The notes beneath the pieces are model-generated. The model saw only the letters and a list, made by a program, of their open reading frames with translations. It did not search any database and had not been told where the DNA came from. Both the position numbers and the translations under genes were made by a program. Shown here piece after piece: positions 51,856 through 64,000 of a stretch of 64,000 nt of DNA (position 1 is its first letter; every line of letters starts with the position of its first letter). The stretch is taken from positions 5,409,819 through 5,473,818 of the forward strand of contig MU062133.1 in the NCBI GenBank assembly GCA_013265495.1, written 5' to 3'. Origin of the DNA: Vicugna vicugna. Taxonomy: Eukaryota.

Positions 51856-54800
51856 AATGAGCAATTATTTTCCACCTCATTTTACAGTTAATGGAAGTTA
51901 AGTTATAGAGAGGTTAAATAACTAGTGAAGGACACGCTGCTGAATAAGTGGCCAGCATATTCTACTCCCAACCACACTCTTAACCTTTATGCTAGCCTGA
52001 CTGATGTAGCAAACAGACAAAGGTCAAGATTGTAACCTTGGAAAGTGCCTATATTTAATCAATGAGTAGAAACCCGAGCACTAGTCAGATGTGCTTAGAA
52101 GGCATGATCAGATTGCCAAGAGAGGCCGGGGGTGGGGGGCAAGGGTGTGGTGTTACTAAGCTGTTGAGGAAAGGGGTAGTCAATAATTTCAAAAGCTGCA
52201 GAGAGTTTAAAAAAGAAATGTAATAAGAAAAGACTGCTGGATTCAGCAATCAGAAAATCCTGGGAACACTGAAGAGAGGATTGAGCAGATTAGAAAAGGC
52301 AAAAACCAAGCAGAACATTTAAGAAATAAATGCAAGGGAGGGAAATATCAGCAGTAAGTGCAGAAGTAAAGTGGAGAAAGGATGTCAATTTAACAGAACA
52401 ACTTAAGGGAAAGAAAGCTTAAGGCAGGTTTTCACAGAATGAGGAAGTCTTAGCTATTTTTCTATGTAGAGACCAGTACAGTTAATGGGAGAAGAGGAGA
52501 CATTAGGAAGGGGCCAATCAATACATCAGGACCAAGAAGGATGTGGGTGTGCCTGGTGAAGAGAACAAAGTGGTACACTGTAGCCTTAGGAAAGAGACAC
52601 TTGGTTTATTTCACATCAAGAGAGAATAGAAAACATGATTAATACTTAAGGTGTAAGGGAGGTAGATGGAATTTATCCCTTAGCAGTTTCATGTTTTTTG
52701 TGTGAAAAAAAAAAGAGATTTGTTCATAAACAGTGAGAAAGGGATTGCGTAGGGACCTTGAGGAAGAATGAACCTTTCTCCACCAGGATGGGATAAAGGT
52801 TACTGAGCAGCGGTGAAGGTCCTGCTGAGCTAGAGCAGCACCACTGATTAAGCAGCTTGTACAAGGAAGTGAAAAAGATAACGACTCTCCTATTCACAGA
52901 ATAACTTAAATGGAGACAAAGTGATACAAACAACTCACACAAATGGAAACGGTGCTTCTAGTTAATTCACACTTCACAGAAAAAGAGATAGAGAATGCTG
53001 ACCTGTATTTGCATAAGGCATAATCCATGAATGTGTGCAACAAGATGCACAACACTTATCATGAAACTGCTTGTAGAGGTGCAGAGATTGCAGTATCATT
53101 TTCAGACGTTTTATTCACAGGACACACATACGGAAACTTGCAGAGCTAAGATTCTAACTCTGACTCTGCCACTAATAACTGGCTAATGGCCTAGCCTGGC
53201 CAAAATGTTTCCTCTCTCTGTGCTTCAATGTCTTCACCTACAAAGTGGGGCTAAATTAGGAGCTCTTTGAAGAGTAGTCCAGCTTTAAGATCGCACGAGT
53301 CTATAGTACAAATAATAACATACACCGCCTTCCCTCTCCATCTCCCACACCTACAGGGATCTGCTTTTTGTATAGGATGTGGCTCTTAAGCTGACATTAA
53401 AGGAATGTATTATTTAGAGCTCTCAGGATAGATACAGGCATACCTCACTGACCCAATGGCAGGTCTACAGCTAAGCCCCAAGAAAGAGCTGCTTCATTCC
53501 TCTCTCTCTAAGCGGCATTCTGTGCTACTTAATTTGCATGGAAGAAGATGAATGTTCCACAGCTACAGAGGTTTAAAGAATCATCCCAGATGACACTAGG
53601 ATCTTTGAGTCCCTATTCTGGTTGGATTTGGGTAGTCGCTTTCAGTTGAAAGTGTTTTGGACAAAGGGACAATTTCACTAACAAATAAAAACTTTTGGAG
53701 GCCCACATTATGGATGAGGAAGAATAGTTCTAACCTATGGAAAAAAAAAACACACGAGAAGGGTTTAGATCAAATGATGGTAATTTAGGCTTGATCAAAG
53801 GGTGAACAGGTCCTTGGATAATTTTGTCTCAATATCAGCAAATTGCTTTGTTGCAATAGAAAATATGACCCCTCCCCCCTAAAAAGCTATGTACAACATC
53901 TTCTTTACTGCTCCTCCTAAAGTGTCCCATATGTCTATTTTCCCCATCAGGTCCAGTAGCAACCTTTTTGAATTCTAGTCCTATTTTCATCCTCACGACA
54001 TGCAGCAGACGCATGTGATGCTTAGCACATTGTAGGCACTCAATAAATATCTGCTGGAAAAAGATGTGTCTGGCCAAATCTTGCATAAGAAGTCACACTT
54101 CGAGATTTTACTCGGGAGAATAAGAATCCTTTTTTACATCAGTCAACATATGGCAACACGGCACTCAGTTTTATGTGAGTCAAACTGCAGGGTTGGTGCT
54201 TACCTAGGATTCTTACAAGGCTTCCTAGCGCAAGTGCCACACACTGATAACTGTGGGCACTTGGCAAACACGCTTGAGCCTGAATTTATGATATGATTTC
54301 ATATGTATGTCTTTTACTAGCCTTGCGACCCAGCCCCCAGGAAAATAAGTAGATTCGTAGGTCTAATGATTTCAATTGCTTTAGGAAATATGGCTCACAA
54401 TGGTGTTAGTGAGTAATTTCTCTTGCTCACCATGCCTCCCTACATAAAGCAAATGCCCAGGCATGAACAAAGTGTTTTCTCAAAGCTCAGTCATTTATAC
54501 ATCCATGGAATAAATGTGCACTTACTTCCATTTGAAACTACAATCGCAAATTTCATTTGCTCTAAGGGATATATGAATTGGTATCAGAAAAAGGTCCCTC
54601 ATCAACACAAATAAATCAGAAAAGTCTATTCGTGCAACTGCTGATTTTAAAAATGAGGCACTATGTGTAAAACTAATTTTTAAGTGGAAAAGAGATATTG
54701 AAAAAGCACACCTATTTATAATAAAGCTATGATAATTAGGAAAATGAATAACTGGTTTTTACAAAAATCAATACTGCCTTAAAATATAACCACAACCCCC

Positions 54801-55229
54801 TTATTGATGACCACTGGAGAACTTAGAAGATAAGATTGATTACATGTTGCATACACAATCATGCTTTTTACTATTAATTATAATTTATTATTTATATAAA
54901 ATTCTATAAAAACACACCAAAGTTCACAGGTAGAATGAAAACACATTATTAAAAATCTCCACTGCAATCTCAGTAAAGTAAAAATTTACTTATTAAGACA
55001 TCTTCATATAAATCAAGATTCTGATCCAGAGACAATTACACTAGAATGATACTGGCATATGTTTAAGAACTATGAATATTAGATATTATTTAATAGCAGT
55101 TAAGTACAGTGAAGTTATCATTGTTTAAAGTTTGATTTCTCCCCACACTGCTGCTAAGAGACTACTGTAGAAAAAGTCAAATAGCTTGGATTGTTAGAAT
55201 ATTAATCTATACGTAAGTATGAATAAAGA

Positions 55230-55820
55230 CATATCTTCCCAGCACACTTACAACCATATAACCTCCTTGTTCAAACATTTTGATAGCTGCCTCTATGTTT
55301 AAAAGCAATTTAATATCCTCATCATGGTGAGATCTGGTCCTCGCCCACCTTTCCTGCTTATTTCTTCCAAAACAAAATGGGCTTTGTCACCATTTCCTGG
55401 ACATGCTTCCGCCTCTGTCTCTTCTCATGGCCTCCCCTCTACCTAGAATCTCACATCTTCATGCACAGAAATACTATACAATCTTTCAAGTTCATACGAA
55501 TAGCTCCTCCTCTATGAAACTTTCCCAGAACTCTCAGTGAGAGCGTTTTGTTTCCCTGAACCCCCCAGCATTCTGTGTTTCTCTGAGCGAGCCATTCCTA
55601 TTCACCTGCCACCTTTTGGCCTAACGAGTTTTCCTCTCCAGGCTTCTGGCTCCTAAAACATTCTGCCTGAAGGTATTTGAGTACTTGGCTGTCTTCTTGC
55701 TCAACTAAACTCTTGAAGGCAGACCCTGTCTTTCCTTTCTTCTTAGCATTTCAATTGTCTTCACAGACTCTGATCCACTGTAGGTATGAGGCAAGCATTT
55801 ATTGGGTGACTGAATAAAAA
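55230..55820 (+). mobile_element. L2 3' fragment
   Basis: L2 3' motifs (ctcctcctctatgaaactttcccag...aaactcttgaaggcagaccctgtcttt...gcatttattgggtgactgaat). Confidence 0.6.
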
Positions 55821-56640
55821 TACTGCTTGAGAAAACAACCCCAATGGTGCGTTAGGAGATTAAACCTTTAATCCTTTCATCTTTTTAGTATCCTCAGGAT
55901 ATTCCACAATGTATGTACAATTTTTAATCAGATAAAACTAATTTTATAATTATCAACATTTCTGAAACTAATTCTTTTAACCATAAGAAAATGCTCTAAT
56001 GCATCAAAGTGTGCTGAGCTTCCCTCAGTGTGCACCCATTTAAACAACTGAATGCAATTGTCACTGAAACTGACCAAAATATATATGCATATATATATAT
56101 ATATATACACATTCAATGTCTTTAAAAATACAGGAGTTTATGCTATATTATGAGAAGAAATAAAATGTGTAATCAAAGGGCTTAGACAAATTATTTTTAA
56201 TACTCTGAATATATAGGCAAAAAATAAGAGTAGTTAAAATGCCTTCTGTAATGAGACTTTTTCACCTGCAGTTACTAACTTTTAGTATAAGAACCTAAAC
56301 TCTAGGCTCCGATGTCTTAAGTGTCTGTTAATCTACCTACATCTAAGACTAGCTAGCTAGGAATCTAGCTCTAATAATAGCTGGTAGGAATTCCTTAACC
56401 TAGGAAAGTATATAACAAATAAAATAGTGAAAATAAAACTGTATGTATATATATATACACCCTCTGGAATGAAAAAAAACATGTATGTATACAATTTACT
56501 TTGCAATGAAACAAAAATGTGCATATAGTGGATTTAGTTTCAAATTCTTAATCACAAGAATCTAATAAGCATGCCTAACTTAAAGATTTAAATGCAGGGA
56601 CATAGGCCTTTTAGGGACTTATATAAAAATACCTGGGCAG

Positions 56641-56772
56641 GGGGAGAGGGTATAGCTCAAGTGGTAGAGTGCATGCTTAGTATGCATGAGGTCCTGGGTT
56701 CAATCCCCAGTACCTCCTCTAAAAAGAAATAAATAAACCTAGTTACTTCCCCCCACCAAAAAAAAAAAAAAA
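56641..56772 (+). mobile_element. tRNA-derived SINE, camelid Vic-1 type (close to consensus as I recall it)
   Basis: ggggagagggtatagctcaagtggtagagtgcatgcttagtatgcatgaggtcctgggttcaatccccagtacctcc, then aaataaataaacctagttacttcccc and an A-tail. TSD ctgggcag on both sides (extends to ata(c)ctgggcag). Confidence 0.93.
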
Positions 56773-58533
56773 CATACTGGGCAGCCCCAGGTGTGTTTTA
56801 TAAAAATGTATTCAATATCCTAATTTTATACTTTGAATATTGAAACAAATGCCTAATCTTTTGTATACAATATGAAAAATAAAGCTAAACAAAACTTCTT
56901 AGGCTATTGAATTTTAACTATCCAAGGTGTTACTTTTGTCCAATATGTCATCCATAAAACTGGCTGACTGATTTTTAGTGTTAGGTGTAGAGATGGCTGA
57001 GTGATGCTGCATTTTCCCATCCCCTTGCCTGAGTGCTATGCTTCCTCTTCTCAGCTGTATCCTTTGTACTGCGATCAGACTTTATGAATACAGAGAAAGA
57101 AAAAAAACCTTAATGCTCCTTTGTCTTAGGAGAACCAACCCTGTCAGGGTCCAGAGGAAAGTAAATCTTGATTTGGGCAGTGACATGACCATCGCTGGCA
57201 ATGTGACTGCCCAGGGCATTGGTGCTTAATCATGCCTGTGTATTAACAAGGGAAAGATAACAGCGCTTTCACAAACAAGAGGAAGCTGAGCTAACTTTGG
57301 ATGTTTCTTCCCAGATGCTCATCTTGGTCACCAGTATCCAAGGGCAAGGATTAGTAGCAGTGAATATAACAGCATTCTCTAGTTGCATCCTGCTCAGCTG
57401 GTTTGGGGGTAACTCAGACACTCCAACACAGGAGGACTGGCACCTACTTAAGTAAAAACATCTTTATTCAGTAAGAGTGATTATTTGGGGTAAAGGTTAG
57501 GTAGGATGAAGAGTTGAGTTTGCTCTCATTTCCACATTAGTTAAAATCCTCTTGACTTATTTTCTCAGATTCTGATAATTCCAAGATGTGGGCACTAATT
57601 ATTAGAGTCTGAACCTAGCTTTTATGTAAATCTTTGATACTGAATATTTTCTTACAGTAAGAAATGGCTCCTGAATTAAGCATTGTGGTTTCTATGAGAT
57701 GAATGTTAGCCACCATCACCACCCACAATGGACCAGACTGCCTGACTTCTTTGAACCGATTAGGGTGGTTGTGAATTCAAGCTTTATTATATAGCATGAT
57801 GTGAGCGCACTTGTTTCTAGCTATCTAAACACCACATCTGCTTGTGAGCAAAGGACGGTACCAGATTTGTTACCTTGATGAGTTATTATGAAAATTATGA
57901 AATATGCAAAATCTTTTGATATAACACCAAGAGGATAAAACCCTCAACGTCATAGATTTCTACTAACTGCATCTTATATGTATCTGATCATCAGTGCTTC
58001 ATACTTAATAAGTACTCAATTAATATTTGTTAGACAAACGAATTAATATATTGCAACTATATCAAGATGGATATGAAAATGCCCAAAAACTAGAAAAGAA
58101 CTTGGAAAAGTGAAGCAATAATTACGTTACAAAAGGGGGATTAATTTTTTCCAGTTAAAATATCTTTTGACACCACAGCAATAATGCTTTAATAATAATC
58201 ACAACTTAAGTTGACATTTAACTCAGTTTATCAAGGATTGTTCAACTGATGATGTGCTTAACCCTCTGGAACATACTGGAATATCTAAGCTGAGGCCTCT
58301 GTCCTTGAAAACCACATTGTCTCCTGGAAGATATAACATAAGCATGAAACAGACATTTCAAACAGGTCATGACCTAATGGAATTCCCAAATGAGCAATGC
58401 TCCAGGAAAATCTATAGAGCCTTAAACACTCAAGAGTGAGCACTCGTTTTGCCTGCTGCAGCATTTAAGCTGGAGCTGAAATCAATGCAGCAGCTACTAG
58501 AACAATCTGCAGCTCGGGGCTGCAGATACTTAC

Positions 58534-58669
58534 AGCCATCGATTTTCCATGGCTTTGGGGTTTGGTTCACCTCACTCTTATCACCTCAGACCCTCTGTGG
58601 CTTCCAGATGTCAGGCACAGAGTCACTGCTTCTTTGAAATTTATCCAAGGATATCATTGAGGTCTAAAC
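58534..58669 (-). other. Candidate internal exon (136 nt) of an unannotated transcript
   Basis: Minus strand: gatttttccctttctgaggttcttgcag|GTTTAG...GATGGCT|gtaagtat. Supported by splice motifs only. Confidence 0.35.
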
Positions 58670-60489
58670 CTGCAAGAACCTCAGAAAGGGAAAAATCACA
58701 TAAAGACTTTCTGACAACTGCCAACCATTGCTAAAGCGTCACTGCTGTTCCTGGTACATAACTCAGCCTTATTTAGAGCAATTGGACTGGCTCTTATTCC
58801 TAATACAGAAATTCAAAACTCTCCACATTTTGGGTGACCCCAAAAGGACTTCTAGCTTCATCTCTTACCACAGTATCCTTTCCCTGACTTCCTTTTCACA
58901 AATTCATCCCTATCAGTCTACCTGACATTCACTGAAGATACTCTCAACTCTTCAGCCCCTGGAGTTCTAGTCAAGTCTTTCCTCCTCCCACACATCCTTT
59001 AAGACCTTGCTCAAGTGCTACCGACCCCATACTACCCATCCAAACTAATTCCCCTTCTCCCTCCTCTAACCTATGATACCTTAATTACAGAACCCCAAAT
59101 ATTTTCCTTAATTACTTTTTAGTTTCCAGATAGTCACTCACATTTTATCCAAATGGTACCTTGTATTGTGTACTACACACAGAGACAGAAATAAATCAGG
59201 CTAATGAGCATTATACAAAAGGAGATGTTTGTCTGAGCACCAAAATTATAGCACCAGTAGTTAGGTATGTTTTATGAGGTCAAGATATTCATTTATAACC
59301 ATCCCTGGAAGGAGGTCATTAACTTGATTTTGAAAAGGTGAGAAATGGATTGAGAATGACAGAAGCTGCATTCCAAAGACCCTGGAATGAGACCTGTGAA
59401 GAGTGTTTTACATGGTTACTAAGAATGGATAATAAAAGACAAAAATGTGGTCTGAACCCCAGTGCACCAAGAGGAGAGTTGGTCTGGAATAGCACTCCAG
59501 CTTTTTGGCTTCAGAGTGTTTGTGTCAAGGAGTTTAATATTTGAAATTTTATTTTGACCTTGTGATATAATTTGAGTTACATGACAATAACAAAAAAACC
59601 TCAGGGTAGATAAATGGTTTACCAAATCATATTTCTATTCCCCTCAATAGAACGAGTATCTACAAAAAATACTTCCTGTGGGCCAGGCACTGTACTTGAT
59701 AAATTCTGGTGATTTCAGATCTTGAACCCAGTAACTCTCACACAAATCCAGGATCATATACCCTGTGTCAAGATGGCTTTAAAATCCAAATAGTGTAAGA
59801 CATTGAACTTGACCTCTGAGGTTTCTTTCCACTCCTGTGTTCAAAAAGCATATTTTTTCCCTGGGTAAAGTTGAACTGATGCTTGAGAGGAGACTAGTGA
59901 AAGTCTGGGAGTAGCTCCCAGTATTTGGGGGGTGGGGAAGGAAGATTTTTTTTTTTTTTTTTTGCTCTGGGCAAGAAAGGAAAGAGCTTATATGCAGTTT
60001 AGTTCAGATCAAAACTTTAAAGAGTCTCTGATCTGATTCCATAATTGTGTTAGTCACTTCAATGTCAAGATAAGCAATGCCCCTTATGTTCTAGGAACTT
60101 CAGTCTAATTGGGGGGGGGAGCAAAAGCAATAATTTCAATATAACAAATAAATGTTATGATAGCACTGAGTACAGGAGCAGGAGAAGTATACCTATCATT
60201 ATCTATGTAATCAGGACACATTTTAGGGAAAATTAGATCTCAGTTTACATTGATACTGACTATAAGTTGGTCAGGCAGGAAGACAGACAAGGGCAATCTA
60301 AGTCTTAGATTTTGCTGAACAAGCAAAGGTGTGGAAGAGACAACATAGTGCTTTTATGAAAATGTAAACACTTCTCTGATTCTAAAGAGTACAAAGGAGA
60401 AAAATTGATTGGCAAGGAAATTGGAGAGAGGTCTGATTTTCCTCTAACCATAAAGAGAAAAGGAGTCACTTATAAAAGCGTGTGGCATC

Positions 60490-62580
60490 ACTGTTTATAA
60501 ACAATATGATACTATACATAGAAAAATCCTAAAGGTATCACCAAAAAACTACTAGAGCTCATCAACAAATTCAGTAGATTTTCAGGATTCAAAATTAATG
60601 TACAGAAATCTATTACATTCCTATACATTAACAATAATTAGAAGGAGACTTTTTTCAAAAAAATCTCATTTAGCATTGTATCAAAAAGAATAAATACCTA
60701 GGAATAAATCTAAGGAGGTAAAAGACCTACACTCAGAAAATTATAAGACACTGATGAAATAAATTGAAGACAATACAAACATATAGGAAGAGAAACCATG
60801 TCTGTGGATTGGAAGAATTAATAATATGAAANNNNNNNNNNNNNNNNNNNNNNNNNNNNNNNNNNNNNNNNNNNNNNNNNNNNNNNNNNNNNNNNNNNNN
60901 NNNNNNNNNNNNNNNNNNNNNNNNNNNNNNNNNNNNNNNNNNNNNNNNNNNNNNNNNNNAAAGCAATCTTGAGAAGGAACAGACCTGAAGGTGTAAAGCT
61001 CCCTGACTTCAGACTATACTACAAAGTTACAGTAATCAAATCTATATGGTGCTGGAACAAAAATAGACACATAGATCAATGCAACAGATCAGAGAGCTCA
61101 GAAATAAACCCAAGCACTTATTGTCAATTAATTTACAACAAAGGAGGCAAGATATATGATGGAGTTAAAACAGTCTTTTCTATAATGGTGCTGGGAAAAC
61201 TGGAAAGCTACATGTAAAAGAAGGAAATTAGTATGTTTTCTCAGACCATATACAAAAAATAAACTCAAAATGGACTAAAGATCTAAATATAAGACCAGAA
61301 AACATAAAAACTCCTAGAAGAAAACACAGGCAGAACAATCTTTGACATAAATTGTAGCAATATGCTTTGTATCCGTCTCCTAAGGCAAAGAAAACAAAAG
61401 AAAAAATAAACAAATGGAACCTAATTAAGCTTAAAAGCTTTGCACAGCAAAAGGAAATCATTGANNNNNNNNNNNNNNNNNNNNNNNNNNNNNNNNNNNN
61501 NNNNNNNNNNNNNNNNNNNNNNNNNNNNNNNNNNNNNNNNNNNNNNNNNNNNNNNNNNNNNNNNNNNNNNNNNNNNNNNNNNNNNNNNNNNNNNNNNNNN
61601 NNNNNNNNNNNNNNNNNNAAAGAATATATTCAGATAAACAGACACATGAAAAGATGCTCAACACTGTTAATCATTAGAGAAATGCATATCAAAACCATGA
61701 TGAAATATCACCTCACAACTGTCAGAATGGCTCTCATCAAAGACCACATATAACACATGTTACCAAGGATNNNNNNNNNNNNNNNNNNNNNNNNNNNNNN
61801 NNNNNNNNNNNNNNNNNNNNNNNNNNNNNNNNNNNNNNNNNNNNNNNNNNNNNNNNNNNNNNNNNNNNNNNNNNNNNNNNNNNNNNNNNNNNNNNNNNNN
61901 NNNNNNNNNNNNAAGAAAACAAAAGCATTAATTTGAAAAGATNNNNNNNNNNNNNNNNNNNNNNNNNNNNNNNNNNNNNNNNNNNNNNNNNNNNNNNNNN
62001 NNNNNNNNNNNNNNNNNNNNNNNNNNNNNNNNNNNNNNNNNNNNNNNNNNNNNNNNNNNNNNNNNNNNNNNNNNNNNNNNNNNNNNNNNNNNNNNNNNNN
62101 NNNNNNNNNNNNNNNNNNNNNNNNNNNNNNNNNNNGTGAGGTAAGCCAGAAAGAGAAAGAAAAATACCATATGATATCACTTACATGAGGAATCAAAAAA
62201 AAAAAAAAGACAAGCTTATTCACAAAACAAAAACAGACTCACAGACATAGAAAACAAACTATGGTTACCGGGGTGGAAAGAGGGTGGGAAGGGATAAACT
62301 GTGAGTTCAAGATTTGCAGATACTAACCAATATACATAAAATAGATAAACAAGTTCATACTGTGTAGTACAGGGAACTATATTCAATATCTTGTAGTAAC
62401 TTATGATGAAAAAGAATATGAAAACAAATATATGTATTTTCATGTATGACTGAAGCATTATGCTGTATACCAGAAACTGACACAACATTGTAAACTGACT
62501 ATATTTCAATTAAAAACAAAACAACAACAACAACAAAAAAATATATATATATATATAATTTTAAAATAAATAAATGAAAA
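60490..62580 (+). mobile_element. 5'-truncated lineage-type L1 (ORF2 3' half and 3' UTR), inactivated
   Basis: Decayed ORF2 RT-region peptides ([21 protein letters not shown]; [49 protein letters not shown] in the ORF track) with stops and frameshifts. Followed by a 3' UTR and an A/CAA/TA tail. Contains four N-gaps. Confidence 0.95.
60832..62135. other. Four assembly gaps within the L1 (60832-60959, 61465-61618, 61771-61912, 61943-62135)
   Basis: Runs of N read directly. Confidence 0.99.
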
Positions 62581-63179
62581 CCCTTTGGAGATGTTACCTA
62601 TTAATTCAGGGCAAAATCCCTAACCCTGGACACAATTATATTTGTTAGCCAATCCATCATCATGATGATGAAAGAATCTGGGGAGAAACACTGTGCTTTC
62701 CTCAATAATGCATTCCCATCACCATACCAGAGAGACCTCAAATTACTAACTTCATTGCCAGGCTACTGAGTAAAAATAAAGAAACAACGAACCAGCTAAT
62801 AAATAAATGAATAAATAAAACAGTGACATCCCTAGAACACTACTAATTTATTTTGAGCAAAGATAGATCTAGCCTTCAGCAAAGATATCAAAAAATCATA
62901 GAAGAGGGTAGGTGATGACAGTGGGTGCTATGTTGTCTTTGAGTGGATGGCTAAGCTATGCCACATATTTATCTCCAGGGAGGTCGAGGTCTAGATATTT
63001 CCATGCCAGTACCAAACTGATATCTTAAAGCTGAGCCATGTGAGATTTACTTTGTGATATGATAGTTTGATATATTTTATACCATTGAAATGAATTCTCC
63101 ATTCCCCAATTGTTTTCCTCATTTTAACAAGCAGTTTTGTTCATCAACTAGGAAACTGTAGAGAAATTAATGTTCCTAC

Positions 63180-63297
63180 CGTTCTGCAGTCTCTGCAGGA
63201 TGTTTCCAGATTTCATGGAACTCAAAGCTTGCACAGTGTAAAGTATGCTTTGAAGTGAGGACAGATGGGGAGGCAGGCAGCCACATGTTGTTTTGGA
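63180..63297 (-). other. Candidate internal exon (118 nt) of an unannotated transcript
   Basis: Minus strand: ctattcttttctcttttag|TCCAAA...CAGAACG|gtagga. Supported by splice motifs only. Confidence 0.3.
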
Positions 63298-64000
63298 CTA
63301 AAAGAGAAAAGAATAGTGGGAAAAAGGACTTCGAAAAGTGGGAAAAGGTCAAGCCAGTCATTCATTTGAATGTCAAATCAAGGAGTTTGGAAATTTCAAG
63401 CAAGCTCATGAGGTAATCGTTACATAATAGTGATTTATGATTATCTTTATAAACTTATTCTAATGTAATTTAGCTGAAATGTGATCCCTCTTTTAGACAA
63501 TGAAGCAATAAACTATTGGCTCACACTAGGAAACCTTGATGCCAACTTAGTGTTTCTTAAATATACAAAATCTTTCTGAACCTCAGGATTTGGAAACCAT
63601 TTTATTTCCTATAATTTTTTGCTGTTTCATTTATGAAACAAATCTGGATATACAACAGAAAGTGATCACCAAATATTAATATTTCAGTATCAGCCTACTG
63701 TACTTTAGTCAAACACGAAACAAGGAAATTTCACCTCTGAAAATAACCATTCTATGTTTCTAAAGTAATTTAACAGACAAGGATATGCCACCAGGTACTC
63801 AGTGTATATATATACTGAGAGAAAGTGAAAGGGAGAAAGAATTAATCAAGAGTGGAAAACTGCATCTCTTGATATAACAGAGAAAATTTAATATAAATAA
63901 TTGTCCAGGTATAAAAATTCTACTAGATAACTGGTCCTAATAGAGTGCTCCAGCACTTGAAGCTATCTTTTCCTTCCATAAATTACTTTATTATACACAT

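Noticed and set aside
40176-53539. Three ATTTGCAT octamer motifs (40176, 53007, 53532)
   Set aside because: About the number expected by chance in AT-rich 64 kb, and not clustered.
60733-62223. Long ORFs containing X runs (also at 42891-43262)
   Set aside because: Artefacts of N-gaps, or decayed L1 ORF2 fragments.
1-64000. CRISPR array, operon or other prokaryote-type system
   Set aside because: The sequence is mammalian repeat-rich DNA. There is no repeat-spacer array or gene-dense organisation.

Overview
This is non-coding mammalian genomic DNA, almost certainly from a camelid (camel, alpaca or llama). The assignment rests on two tRNA-derived SINEs of the camelid Vic-1 type (22485-22632, 56641-56772) and two copies of a matching lineage-type L1 3' end. 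The window is AT-rich and dominated by interspersed repeats: old L1M/L1ME fragments, L2, many MIRs, one L3/CR1, MER5/MER2/MER103-type DNA transposons, an MLT1 LTR and a clean ERV1-class solo LTR with a 4-bp TSD. Five N-gaps all lie inside repeats. I recognise no protein-coding gene. The ORF track looks like chance ORFs, decayed L1 ORF2 pieces or N-run artefacts. I found no convincing new biological system. The best leads are several exon-shaped segments on the minus strand that may belong to an unannotated spliced transcript, probably non-coding; a candidate recursive (AG|GT) splice site; a minisatellite that appears to have expanded from an L2 motif; and a few candidate regulatory patches. 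Repeat family names come from my memory of consensus sequences, not from a search. Boundaries of the old repeats are approximate.
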